A stretch of 64,000 nt of DNA, from assembly GCA_964534045.1 (NCBI GenBank), contig CAZHNO010000001.1, positions 224,621 to 288,620 of the forward strand, given 5' to 3'. This DNA comes from an uncultured archaeon. Its GTDB lineage: Archaea > Iainarchaeota > Iainarchaeia > Iainarchaeales > JAAZKV01. This document shows, in pieces, positions 47,734 through 57,496 of this stretch (within the stretch, counting starts at the first letter, position 1; each line of letters starts with the position of its first letter). The position numbers and the translations under genes were made by a program. Below the pieces are notes generated by a model, which did no database searches, had not been told where the DNA came from, and saw nothing but the letters and a program-made list of their open reading frames with translations.

Positions 47734-47897
47734 ACAATTTCCACCCTTTGATGAAACCTTACATCAACAGATGAAAAAGTTTCTAGAAATTGAATTGAAA
47801 GCATAAATCTAAAAATCAATTTATAATTTTTAAAAATTCCAAATTTTTGTGACGCTAATTTTAAATACAAGAGTTGTATTATTTTGTTGGTGATTGA

Positions 47898-48329
47898 ATG
47901 CTTGGTTTTGGAAAAGGAAATATTAACATTGTTTTAGAAAAAACTAATTTTGGTTATGGAGAAACAGTGAGTGGAAGAGCAACAATGACTCTGAAAAAAA
48001 TAGTTAATGCAAGAGGAGTAAATGTTATTTTATTTGCTGAAAGAAAAGTTAATGATGGTGATGGAGGAACAAGAACTCAAAGAACTTATGAACAAGTAAT
48101 TAATCTGGATAAAGAACAAGAATATCCAGCAAAGGATTATCTGTATGATTTCAAATTACAATTACCATATGATAATAAGGCAAATGTTGAAGGAAAGGTT
48201 GGTGCTGTGTTGAATGCATTTAATGCACTTGGAAAAATGATGTCACCATTAAAATGGTATGTTGAAGTAAAACTAGATATTCCAAAAGGTTTTGATGTTT
48301 CAAAAAGAATACAAATAAGTGTTGCTTAA
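47898..48329 (+). CDS. hypothetical protein (143 aa)
   Basis: ATG with GGTGA RBS; no recognised motif. Confidence 0.35.
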   Translation: MLGFGKGNINIVLEKTNFGYGETVSGRATMTLKKIVNARGVNVILFAERKVNDGDGGTRTQRTYEQVINLDKEQEYPAKDYLYDFKLQLPYDNKANVEGKVGAVLNAFNALGKMMSPLKWYVEVKLDIPKGFDVSKRIQISVA

Positions 48330-48407
48330 AATTAAACACAAAACATGTTGCTACATAACAACACTTTTTTATTCTCTTATTTCTTTTAATTAATTGTTGT
48401 GGAAAAA

Positions 48408-49559
48408 ATGAATTCAAAAAAAGTAAAAATATTTGCTAATGTTGATGAAAATACTTTAAAACAATTCACTGATTGTGTTGAAGAAAAATTTGTTACAGAA
48501 GCAGCACTAATGCCTGATGCACATTTAGGATATGTTGCACCAATTGGCTCTGTGCTAATAACAAAAGGCTTTGTTGTCCCAAGTTGGGTTGGTTATGATA
48601 TTGGTTGTGGAGTAACTGCAATACAATTAAAAGGAAAAAATCTTTTGAAAAAAATTAGAGATAATTCTGGCAACATATTTGTTGCTGTGACAGAGGCAGT
48701 GCCAATGGGATTGGGAAAATTACGAGCGGAGCATAAATTAACCCCTGAAGGAAAGGAGAAATATGACATTTTATTAGGGAAGTTAGAGAAAAATAAGGTT
48801 GATGAGGAGTTATTTAAATGGATTAAAAGAAAGGCAAAAAGCAACATTGGCTCTTTAGGGCATGGAAATCATTTTATAGAAATTGATTATTCTGGAAAAG
48901 AAGTTTGGCTAATAATTCATTCTGGCTCAAGAAATTTAGGACACAAATGTGCTTCACATTATATGGAGAAAGCAATGGATGAAAATGGCGGAACAGGAAA
49001 TGAAGAGAAAACATATGCTTTGAAAGCTAATTCAAAAATTGGAAAAGAATATTTAGCTGTGCTAGAATTTTGTTTAGAAATTGCTTTGCTTAATAGAATT
49101 GAAATTGCAAAAGAAGTTATTTCACAATTAGAAAAAGTTCTTGGTGAAAAAATTAATCATGAAGTGTGGACAAATAAAAATCACAATCATGCTGAACAAA
49201 TTGGAAAAGGAAAATTCATTCATAGGAAGGGAGCAACTCCAAGTAAGAAAAATGAGAAAGGAATAATTCCTGGGAATATGCGAGATGGAACTTATTTAAT
49301 TATTGGAAAAGGAAATAAAGATTTTTTGAATTCTTCAAGCCATGGTGCTGGAAGAAGAATGTCAAAAACACAAGCAAGAGCAGAAATAAAATTAAAAGAA
49401 TTTGAAGAAACAATGAAAGGAATAAAAGCAAATGTTGGAATAGGAACAATTGATGAAAGTCCTTTTGCTTACAAAAACATTAATGAAGTTTTGAAAGCCC
49501 AAAACAAAAGTGTGAAAATTGTAAAACATTTAAAACCAATTATTAATTGGAAGGGATAA
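48408..49559 (+). CDS. rtcB: RtcB-family RNA ligase (compact form, ~383 aa)
   Basis: MPDAHLGYVAPIGSV...GYDIGCGV, GHGNHF, NHNHAEQ, SSSHGAGRR are RtcB metal/GTP-binding signatures. The track start is GTG; I trimmed to the ATG (MNSKKV). Confidence 0.7.
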   Translation: MNSKKVKIFANVDENTLKQFTDCVEEKFVTEAALMPDAHLGYVAPIGSVLITKGFVVPSWVGYDIGCGVTAIQLKGKNLLKKIRDNSGNIFVAVTEAVPMGLGKLRAEHKLTPEGKEKYDILLGKLEKNKVDEELFKWIKRKAKSNIGSLGHGNHFIEIDYSGKEVWLIIHSGSRNLGHKCASHYMEKAMDENGGTGNEEKTYALKANSKIGKEYLAVLEFCLEIALLNRIEIAKEVISQLEKVLGEKINHEVWTNKNHNHAEQIGKGKFIHRKGATPSKKNEKGIIPGNMRDGTYLIIGKGNKDFLNSSSHGAGRRMSKTQARAEIKLKEFEETMKGIKANVGIGTIDESPFAYKNINEVLKAQNKSVKIVKHLKPIINWKG

Positions 49560-49623
49560 TGAAAGCTTTAAATAGTTCTTAATTCTTTTAAATATCAAAG
49601 CAAAGGCAAAGGAGGTAATAACA

Positions 49624-50298
49624 ATGGATATTGGAAATGCAATGAGACGCCCTTTTGGTAATGTGACTAATTTAATCATTGGAATTATTTTAATGATAAT
49701 CCCAATAGTTAATATTATTACAATGCCAGGATATTTTATGCGAGTTGCAAGAACAGCTATGAACAAAGACAAAAAGCTTCCAGGATTTAACGATTTTGGA
49801 AACTTAATAATTGACAGTATTAAAGCTATAGTCGTTTTGATAGTACACTATATCGTTTTGATTATAGTTACAATCATATTGGCGTTGATCCCTTATTTGG
49901 GACCAGTGTTAGTTTTAATCTGGACAATAGTTTTCGTTTTCATAATGCTATCTGGATTTTTAACTCTAGCAAAAACCGGCGATATTGTAGAATCAATACA
50001 TATTCCTAATCTGGCTAAGAAAGCAGCTAAAGCAAATTTCATTATTGCAGTAATTGTGGCAGGAATTATTTCTATGATCATAATGGCAATAATAATGACA
50101 ATCATTTTAGTTGGACTTGGCGGAGCAATGCTACCTACACTAATGGCAACAATGACTACTGGAGTAGCTGACCCAATGGCAATAGTTAACATGTTTGGAG
50201 CAATTGTTGGCGTTGGAATAATTGGTGGAATTATAGCAGCAATAATAGGATATATATTGCAAATATTCTCAATAACGCTAATTGCTGAAGAATATTAA
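49624..50298 (+). CDS. polytopic membrane protein (DUF4013-like)
   Basis: GGAGG RBS; 5-6 TM helices; N-terminal ...IIGIILMIIPIVNIITMPGYFMRVAR pattern. Confidence 0.4.
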   Translation: MDIGNAMRRPFGNVTNLIIGIILMIIPIVNIITMPGYFMRVARTAMNKDKKLPGFNDFGNLIIDSIKAIVVLIVHYIVLIIVTIILALIPYLGPVLVLIWTIVFVFIMLSGFLTLAKTGDIVESIHIPNLAKKAAKANFIIAVIVAGIISMIIMAIIMTIILVGLGGAMLPTLMATMTTGVADPMAIVNMFGAIVGVGIIGGIIAAIIGYILQIFSITLIAEEY

Positions 50299-50308
50299 TT
50301 TGAACAGA

Positions 50309-50340
50309 GTGAAGCGAAAGCTTCACTTTTTTTCTTTTTT
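50309..50340 (+). terminator. stem-loop plus T-tract terminator
   Basis: GTGAAGC-GAAA-GCTTCAC followed by T6CT7. Confidence 0.5.
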
Positions 50341-50380
50341 TTTAAAAACATTTAAATAGTGTCTTAAATATCTATCTGTA

Positions 50381-51283
50381 ATGGACGCTGGAAAATCCCT
50401 TGAAAAAATAGTTTCTTTTTCTTTTATTGAGTGGATAAAAAATAAAAAAATGCAAAAATATTTAGCAATTTCAATTATAATTAATTTAGCAATGATGTTT
50501 ATTTCCATATTTTCAGCAGCGCATTTTTTCTCAGGAATCACAGATAATACCTCATTTATGGAAGTTATGCTAATTATTGTAAATTATACAATATTTTTTA
50601 TAATTTTAATTTTACCATTGCTGCTTGTGATGACGGCATTAAATTATTTAATAATTGCAAAAGGATTAGAACTATCAAAAAAGAAATACATTGGAGTAAA
50701 TTTAATTAGATTTGTCAAATACCTGTTTTATCCACTATTTTCAATGATTGTGGCAATGTTATCTTTATACAATTTAAAATTTTTAGTCATTGGAATTATT
50801 GGATTAATAATAATGCTTATTTCATTTTTGCTCATGCCAATAATTGGTTTGGGGGCAATTGCATTAACATTAATAGGAATGCTTGTTTTGTTTGTTTATG
50901 GAATTGTTGTAATTTACAACACATTCAGACTGATTGTTGGAGAAATTATTTTTATTGAAAAAGAAGAGTCAATAATGAAATCTCTAAAAGCATCTTGGAA
51001 TAAAACAAATGGTGAAGTTTTCAATATCATAGCTATGATGATAGTTTTTATTGTAATTACAATGATAATTAGTTTCATTGCACAAATCCCATTAACTATT
51101 TATTCAATTATATTTAGTTTAAGCAGCGAAATTGTTGGACAAACAATGAATGATATTACAATGATGACTGATCCAATATTCATAATTTTAATGATACCAA
51201 CTTACTTAGTGAGCGCTTATTTGATAATTGCTGGCAATTTAATGGTTGTTGGAATTTACAATTCTTTAAATTCAAAAAAATAA
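50381..51283 (+). CDS. polytopic membrane protein (300 aa, ~8 TM)
   Basis: Hydrophobic helices throughout; no catalytic motif. Confidence 0.4.
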   Translation: MDAGKSLEKIVSFSFIEWIKNKKMQKYLAISIIINLAMMFISIFSAAHFFSGITDNTSFMEVMLIIVNYTIFFIILILPLLLVMTALNYLIIAKGLELSKKKYIGVNLIRFVKYLFYPLFSMIVAMLSLYNLKFLVIGIIGLIIMLISFLLMPIIGLGAIALTLIGMLVLFVYGIVVIYNTFRLIVGEIIFIEKEESIMKSLKASWNKTNGEVFNIIAMMIVFIVITMIISFIAQIPLTIYSIIFSLSSEIVGQTMNDITMMTDPIFIILMIPTYLVSAYLIIAGNLMVVGIYNSLNSKK

Positions 51284-51407
51284 AGGAAATAATCTTTTTC
51301 CTTAAAACAAACTTTTTTCAAAGTATTTTTTAAAGACTTTTTAATACAATTAATGAATTATTAACGGAAGTGTAATAATAACTTGTTCCAGTTAAAAAAC
51401 GAAAAGC

Positions 51408-51416
51408 TTTTATAAA
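51408..51416 (+). promoter_or_regulatory. TATA-box-like element TTTTATAAA ~32 nt upstream of the surface-protein gene start
   Basis: AAGCTTTTATAAAGG context, followed by an AGGTG RBS and ATG 51448. Confidence 0.3.
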
Positions 51417-51447
51417 GGTTGTGTGGGAAAATATTATAGGTGTTGAC

Positions 51448-53331
51448 ATGAAAAATCTATGGATACTTTTAACGATAGTTTCAGTTTTATTTTTATTAAG
51501 CACAGCTAATGCTTGTAGTATTAGCATAGATGATTTTGCAGTTGATTTAAGAAGTACTGGAGATTATGGCAATAGTATTTCAGCAGAAGATAATGATGAT
51601 ATTGATATTAGAATAAATTTTACAATTGATGATATTTCAGGCACAGATTGTGCAAGTAATATAAGTTCAAGAGCGAGAGTCTATAGATGGGACGAAGATG
51701 ACGATGAATGGGACTTATTCAGAACAACAACTACTAAAAGTCAAACACTAGAAGAAGACACTTTTTCATTTATTTGGTCAAATGATTTCTCTGTTGATGA
51801 TCAATATGAAAGATATAAAATTGAAGGGGAAGTTTTAGAAGGAACAAATCAATTAGAAATTGATGATGCTTATATTGATATTGAAAATAATTCTTGTTCA
51901 GGAATAAATTTGGTTACAACAAACTTTGTTATTGATGAAGGAAGAACTGTAACAAAAACATTCTACATTGAAAATAATACAAACACTGATTTTGAAGTAC
52001 AAAATGCTGATGTTACTTTCTCAACAAACATTGTGACAAATGGCTCAGTAGATTATGATGACACAGTAAGAGATGGAACAACTGAAAATGTTAGTGTTGA
52101 ATTAGAAGGAGTATATACTTCATACGATAGAACAGCAACCGGAACATTCAAAGTTTCTGGTTATTTAGGAAGTCAATTTTGCTCAGACACCGCAATTGGA
52201 AGAAAAACATTCACTGTAACTGTTGAAGATACTGGTTCAAGTGGATCAAGTAGCACAAGCACTAGCTCTGATTGTGATGATTTAGAAATTAAAGTTAGAG
52301 ACATTACTGTAAGAGAAAATGAATCAACACAAGAAGTGTTTTATTTGGAAAATAATAACACTAAAAGATTTGAAATAACTGATGTTGAAGTTATTGATTC
52401 TGGTGTTGAAGTAACAGATTATTACTTTGAGAAATATGCATTTCCTAATGGGATTGCTGACATTGTAGTGCAAGTTAATGCAGGAAATGTAACAGAAAAT
52501 AAGTCTTATGAAAATACATTAAAAGTTAAGGGAGAGTTTAGTGATGGAAAAACATGCTCTTTTGACAAAATTGATTCAAAAAAATTTATTGTAATAGTTG
52601 AGAATACAAGTGGTTCTTTCTACAAAAATTGTGAAGGATTTAATATTGATATTGCAAGCACAGTAGCAATAGAGAATTTTGGAGAAATTAATTTTACAAT
52701 AACAAATAATACAAACGAAACTGCAACAATAAATGTTGAAAGTGATTTACAAGTAAGCCCTAGTCAAATAGTGCTTCCAGCAAATAGTGTATTGTCAAGA
52801 ACATTAAGTGTTAGTGCAAGTAAAAAAGAGGGAAATATTTATTTGAGAACAAACATTTCTGGATGCAATACTGAAACAAAAACAATAAAAGTTTACAATA
52901 ATGCTGAAGGAACACTATCAGGGATTGAAATTAATACAAGAATTGAAAGAGATGCAAATAAAGCTAGCCTGATTGTTGAGTTTAATAATTCTACGAATAA
53001 AACCTTTGTTGGAATATTAAGAATCAATGTTGAGGGACAAGTAATTAATGATAGAACAATATCAATTCCAGCCGGACAAAGTTTTACTGAAATTGATTTA
53101 AATCCAAATAATTTAGTTATTGGAAAGATTAGCTTTGTTTCTGAAGGCGAAGTAATTGAAAAAGAATTTGATGAAAGAACAAATTCATTAACTGGCCTTT
53201 TCATGTTAGGCGGAATTGAAACAGCATTTGGAATAATTTTACTAGCAATAGTAATTGCAATAGTAATAATTATTGTTCTTACAGAACCACAAAGAAGAAT
53301 TAGAGAAAGATGGGAAGTAAGGGAAGACTAA
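51448..53331 (+). CDS. secreted surface protein with repeated beta-rich modules and C-terminal TM anchor (S-layer-like candidate)
   Basis: Signal peptide MKNLWILLTIVSVLFLLSTANA; ~100-aa repeats (..F.IENNTN..FE..); C-terminal hydrophobic anchor GIILLAIVIAIVIIIVL plus basic tail. I trimmed the start from the GTG track start. Confidence 0.5.
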   Translation: MKNLWILLTIVSVLFLLSTANACSISIDDFAVDLRSTGDYGNSISAEDNDDIDIRINFTIDDISGTDCASNISSRARVYRWDEDDDEWDLFRTTTTKSQTLEEDTFSFIWSNDFSVDDQYERYKIEGEVLEGTNQLEIDDAYIDIENNSCSGINLVTTNFVIDEGRTVTKTFYIENNTNTDFEVQNADVTFSTNIVTNGSVDYDDTVRDGTTENVSVELEGVYTSYDRTATGTFKVSGYLGSQFCSDTAIGRKTFTVTVEDTGSSGSSSTSTSSDCDDLEIKVRDITVRENESTQEVFYLENNNTKRFEITDVEVIDSGVEVTDYYFEKYAFPNGIADIVVQVNAGNVTENKSYENTLKVKGEFSDGKTCSFDKIDSKKFIVIVENTSGSFYKNCEGFNIDIASTVAIENFGEINFTITNNTNETATINVESDLQVSPSQIVLPANSVLSRTLSVSASKKEGNIYLRTNISGCNTETKTIKVYNNAEGTLSGIEINTRIERDANKASLIVEFNNSTNKTFVGILRINVEGQVINDRTISIPAGQSFTEIDLNPNNLVIGKISFVSEGEVIEKEFDERTNSLTGLFMLGGIETAFGIILLAIVIAIVIIIVLTEPQRRIRERWEVRED

Positions 53332-53506
53332 ATTAGGTTCCTTTTTAAAGCTTTCTTTGAAAAAAATATATTAAATGTTATTGTTTAGCAGATGCTAAAT
53401 AATTATCGAGTAGACTGTACTTGACAGGTGAGCCGAGTATAAATGCTTGTTCAACTAATTTTGAATAAGCCAGTTCTACATAACAAGTATTATTTGAGTT
53501 GAAAAA

Positions 53507-54517
53507 ATGGCAAGTTACAATTTTCCAAGAAAGGGTTCAATGGCTTTTTACCCAAGAGTTAGGTCTAGAAAAGAAACTCCAAGTATAAAAGCTAGCGGAA
53601 AAGAAGCGAAAGCACTTAGTTTTTTAGGATATAAAGCTGGAATGACACAAGTTATTGGGAGCAACACCCACAAAGGAAGTCCTTCATTTGGACATGAGGT
53701 TGCAGTACCAGTTACAATAGTTGAATGCCCAGCAATAAAAGTAATGGGAATTAGGGCTTATGTAAAAGATGAAATTGGATTTGCTGCTTTGGGTGATGTT
53801 TTAGCCGAAAATTTTGATAAAGAATTAAAAAGAAAAATATTAAATTTTAAAGAAAAAAATGGGAAAGAAAATAAGAATAAAAAAATTAAAAAAGAAGAAG
53901 AAAAAATGAAGTTAGAAGATTTGGATAAGGAATTAGAAATCATAAAATATTTTACACTTTTAGTTTACACTCAACCAAAATCAATTGAATTAAAGAAAAA
54001 GCCAGACATTGTTGAAATAAATATTGGCGGAACAAAAGAAGAACAATTAGCTTATGCTAAACAAGTTTTTGGAAAAGAAATTAATATTGAAGATGTTTTT
54101 TCTGAAGGAACATTCCTTGATATAAAAGCAGTCACTAATGGAAAAGGATTTCAGGGAGTAATAAAAAGATTTGGAATTAAACAACAAAGGCCAAAATCAA
54201 AGAAAAGAAGAGTTGTTGGTTCAATCAGTCCTTGGCACCCACACACAGTAATGTTTACTGTTGCACGCCCTGGACAAATGGGTTACCACAACCGAACTGA
54301 ATGTAATAAAAAATTATTAAAAATTTCTGATAAAATTGATGAAGTAAATGGAAAAAGTGGTTTTTCAGGATATGGAAAAGTAACTGGAAAATATATACTT
54401 ATTTCAGGAAGTATTCCTGGCCCAAGCAAAAGATGCGTTGCAATTAGAAAAAGTGAAAGACCCGCAGCAGTTTCTAAAGTAAAATTAGATAATATTACAA
54501 AAATTTTGGTGAATTAA
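53507..54517 (+). CDS. rpl3: ribosomal protein L3 (uL3) with K/E-rich insertion
   Basis: FPRKGSMAFYPRVRS...GYKAGMTQV and C-terminal conserved block. Internal NFKEKNGKENKNKKIKKEEEKMK insertion. Confidence 0.85.
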   Translation: MASYNFPRKGSMAFYPRVRSRKETPSIKASGKEAKALSFLGYKAGMTQVIGSNTHKGSPSFGHEVAVPVTIVECPAIKVMGIRAYVKDEIGFAALGDVLAENFDKELKRKILNFKEKNGKENKNKKIKKEEEKMKLEDLDKELEIIKYFTLLVYTQPKSIELKKKPDIVEINIGGTKEEQLAYAKQVFGKEINIEDVFSEGTFLDIKAVTNGKGFQGVIKRFGIKQQRPKSKKRRVVGSISPWHPHTVMFTVARPGQMGYHNRTECNKKLLKISDKIDEVNGKSGFSGYGKVTGKYILISGSIPGPSKRCVAIRKSERPAAVSKVKLDNITKILVN

Positions 54518-54518
54518 G

Positions 54519-55466
54519 ATGAAAGCAAAAATAATTGATATGAGCGGAACAAGCAAAGGAAATATTGATTTGCCAAGCGTATTTGAAACTGAATACAAAC
54601 CAAAATTAATTAAGAGAGCAGTTTTAGCTTTACAAACAACACAAAAACAACCAAAAGGAGCAGACCAAAGAGCAGGATTAAAGAATACAGCAGTTTACGT
54701 TGGTGTAAGAGGACAACCAACTCCAATGCGAACAATCAATGTTGGACACGCAAGATTACCAAGATTAAAAAACAGAACAAATTTGCTTTATGGAAGGGTT
54801 GCAAAAGTTGCACAATCTGTTGGTGGAAGAAGCCCAACAGCACCAAAATCTTGGAAAGTTATTGTTGAAAAAATAAATAAAAAAGAAAGAAAGCTTGCAT
54901 TAGCAAGTGCTATTGCAGCAACAACAAAAAAAGAAATTGTTTCAAAGAGATTTATTTTTGACAATGAATTGCCAATAATAATTGATGATAAATTTGAAAG
55001 CTTAGCAAAAACAAAAGAAGTTGTAAATACTCTTGAAAAAATTGGCGTTGGAATGGATTTAGAAAACGCAAAAAATAAAACAAAAAATAGATCTGGAAAA
55101 GGAAAGGCAAGAGGAAGAAAAAAAAGAGTTAAAAAAAGTGTTTTGATTGTTTCTGGAACAAATTCCCCAGTATTAAAAGCTTCAAGAAATTTACCGGGCG
55201 TGGATGCAGTAACAATAAGTTCATTAAATGTTGAATTGCTTGCACCAGGGGCAGAAGCTGGAAGATTAGTTGTTTGGACAAAAAGCGCAATTGAATTTTT
55301 AGGAAAAGAAAAGAAAAAAATCAAAGTTAAAGAAGAAAAGAAAGAAGGAAAAGAAATTAATTTAAAAGATAAAAAAAAGGCAATTAAAACTAAAAATAAA
55401 GAAGCAAGAAAGAAAAAAGAAACAAAGAAAAAATCAAGAAAAACAATAAAGAGTGAAGATGAGTGA
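54519..55466 (+). CDS. rpl4: ribosomal protein L4 (uL4) with K-rich C-terminal tail
   Basis: Conserved uL4 core; ~60-aa KKE-rich C-terminus. Confidence 0.8.
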   Translation: MKAKIIDMSGTSKGNIDLPSVFETEYKPKLIKRAVLALQTTQKQPKGADQRAGLKNTAVYVGVRGQPTPMRTINVGHARLPRLKNRTNLLYGRVAKVAQSVGGRSPTAPKSWKVIVEKINKKERKLALASAIAATTKKEIVSKRFIFDNELPIIIDDKFESLAKTKEVVNTLEKIGVGMDLENAKNKTKNRSGKGKARGRKKRVKKSVLIVSGTNSPVLKASRNLPGVDAVTISSLNVELLAPGAEAGRLVVWTKSAIEFLGKEKKKIKVKEEKKEGKEINLKDKKKAIKTKNKEARKKKETKKKSRKTIKSEDE

Positions 55467-55472
55467 TTTTAA

Positions 55473-55859
55473 ATGGTTAAATTAAACGAATTAGAAAAGA
55501 AACAACAGGCACAAGAAAATGCTCCAAAAGAAGAATTAAAGGAACATAAAGAAGTTAAGGCAGTAAAAGAAAAGAAAGCAGAAAAAATAAATTTAACTTT
55601 AGATGATTTAAATGTTGTATTTTATCCACTTGTTACAGAAAAAGCAGTAAATATGATTGATACTGAAAACAAAATAACATTTGTTGTTAATGATAATGCA
55701 TCAAAAAATGATGTAACAAAAGTTATTGAAGAAGCATATAAGGTTAAGGTCGCAAAAATAAATATAATAAGAGATAGAAAAGGAAGAAAAAAAGCAATAA
55801 TAAAATTGAAAAAAGAATTCAAAGCACAAGATCTTGCAACCAAATTAGGAGTATTATAA
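55473..55859 (+). CDS. rpl23: ribosomal protein L23 (uL23) with charged N-terminal extension
   Basis: VVFYPLVTEKAVNMIDTENKITFVV...KVAKINII core. Confidence 0.8.
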   Translation: MVKLNELEKKQQAQENAPKEELKEHKEVKAVKEKKAEKINLTLDDLNVVFYPLVTEKAVNMIDTENKITFVVNDNASKNDVTKVIEEAYKVKVAKINIIRDRKGRKKAIIKLKKEFKAQDLATKLGVL

Positions 55860-55872
55860 TTGGTGAGTTAAA

Positions 55873-56583
55873 ATGGGTAAGCGATTATACAGCCAGAGAA
55901 GAGGAAGAGGAACAAATACGTTCAAGGCTAAACTTAAGGGAATTAAGTCAGCATACCTATTACAAAATAATGAATTAATGAATGGTGAAGTTATTGAATT
56001 TATTAAAGACACAGGGAGAAATGCAATAATGATGAAAGTTTCTTTTGGTGAAGGACAAGAAGAAATGGTAGTTGCACCAGAAGGAGCATACCTTGGACAA
56101 AAAATACAACAAGGAAGCGGAGCACAAATTGAAATTGGAAATGTTGCACCTCTTGAAACTTTACCTGAAGGTTGTCCAATATTTAATATTGAAAAAGTTG
56201 TAGGGGATGGGGGCACAATAGCAAAAAATTCAGGAGCTTACGCATTAATTTTATCAAAAGATAAAAACAAAGCAACAATAAAATTACCATCAGGAAAATT
56301 AATTGTATTACCATTAACTGGAAGAGCAATGATAGGAAACGCTTCTGCAGGTGGAAGAGAATCAAAACCATTTGTAAAAGCTGGTGCAAAATTCTATGCG
56401 ATGAAGTCAAAGAAATTATTCTGGCCAATTGTAAGGGGAGTAGCAATGAATGCTGTTGACCATCCTTTTGGAGGAGCACAACACCACCCAGGAAAATCAA
56501 AAAGTACTTCAAGGAATGCTCCAGTTGGAAGAAAAGTTGGTTCAATTGCATCAAGTCGAACAGGGAGAAGAAAGAAAAACTAG
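55873..56583 (+). CDS. rpl2: ribosomal protein L2 (uL2)
   Basis: GGAQHHPGKSKSTSRNAPVGRKVG C-terminal signature; GGTGAG RBS. Confidence 0.9.
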   Translation: MGKRLYSQRRGRGTNTFKAKLKGIKSAYLLQNNELMNGEVIEFIKDTGRNAIMMKVSFGEGQEEMVVAPEGAYLGQKIQQGSGAQIEIGNVAPLETLPEGCPIFNIEKVVGDGGTIAKNSGAYALILSKDKNKATIKLPSGKLIVLPLTGRAMIGNASAGGRESKPFVKAGAKFYAMKSKKLFWPIVRGVAMNAVDHPFGGAQHHPGKSKSTSRNAPVGRKVGSIASSRTGRRKKN

Positions 56584-56613
56584 CTTTGCTAGAAATTATT
56601 GCAGGTGTTATTT

Positions 56614-57006
56614 ATGGCTAAAAAAGAATTTACATTTCAAGGAAAAAGTTTGGAAGAATTACAATCAATGAGTTTAGAAGAATTTGCAAAACTTTGTAAT
56701 TCACGAGCAAGAAGAACTTTGAAAAAAGGATTTGATAAACATATACTAAAAAAAATAGGAAAAGCAAAAGGAAATGAAAAAGCAAAACCAGTAAGAATAC
56801 ATAGTAGAGATTTGGTTGTTATACCAGCAATGGTTGGAATAAGATTTGCAGTTTATAAAGGAAACACATTTGAAACAGTGGATGTTGAAGAAAAAATGCT
56901 AGGACACTATATTGGAGAATTTGTATTAACAAGAAAAAGATTACAACACGGAAAAGCAGGAATTGGAGCAACAAAAAGCTCAACTGCAATAACGGCAAGA
57001 GGATAA
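56614..57006 (+). CDS. rps19: ribosomal protein S19 (uS19)
   Basis: IHSRDLVVIPAMVGIRFAVYKGNTFETVDVEEKMLGHYIGEF. Trimmed from a TTG track start to the ATG preceded by AGGTG. Confidence 0.85.
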   Translation: MAKKEFTFQGKSLEELQSMSLEEFAKLCNSRARRTLKKGFDKHILKKIGKAKGNEKAKPVRIHSRDLVVIPAMVGIRFAVYKGNTFETVDVEEKMLGHYIGEFVLTRKRLQHGKAGIGATKSSTAITARG

Positions 57007-57022
57007 AATTAGAAGTGATAAT

Positions 57023-57496
57023 ATGGTTAAGAAAAATTATCAAGCAAAAGTTGGAAAAGAAAGCAAAACTGCTAAAGCAGTTATTACTAATGCAAACATT
57101 TCACTTAAATATGCAACAGAAGCAAGCAATCAATTAAGAGGAATGTATGTAAATAAGGCAATTGCTTGGTTGACAAGAATAATGAATAAGGAAGAATATT
57201 TACCATTAAAAAGATATCACAAAAAAGTAGCGCATAGAAAAGGAGAAGCAAAAAGCGGAGAAAAAGCAGGAAGATATCCACAAAAAGTTACAAAAACACT
57301 TATCGAATTACTTGAATCTGCAAAAAATAATGCTGATTTCAAAGGATTAGATTCAGAAAAATTAAATATCATACATATGTTTGCATCGCCAGGTTTGGGA
57401 AGATACAGTCACCAAAGTAAAGGAAAAATTGGTGGAAAAGCAAGAAGAACAAATGCAACACATGTTGAAGTAATAGTTTCGGAAGTGAAAGCATGA
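57023..57496 (+). CDS. rpl22: ribosomal protein L22 (uL22)
   Basis: Conserved uL22 core with an archaeal-type extended loop. Confidence 0.8.
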   Translation: MVKKNYQAKVGKESKTAKAVITNANISLKYATEASNQLRGMYVNKAIAWLTRIMNKEEYLPLKRYHKKVAHRKGEAKSGEKAGRYPQKVTKTLIELLESAKNNADFKGLDSEKLNIIHMFASPGLGRYSHQSKGKIGGKARRTNATHVEVIVSEVKA

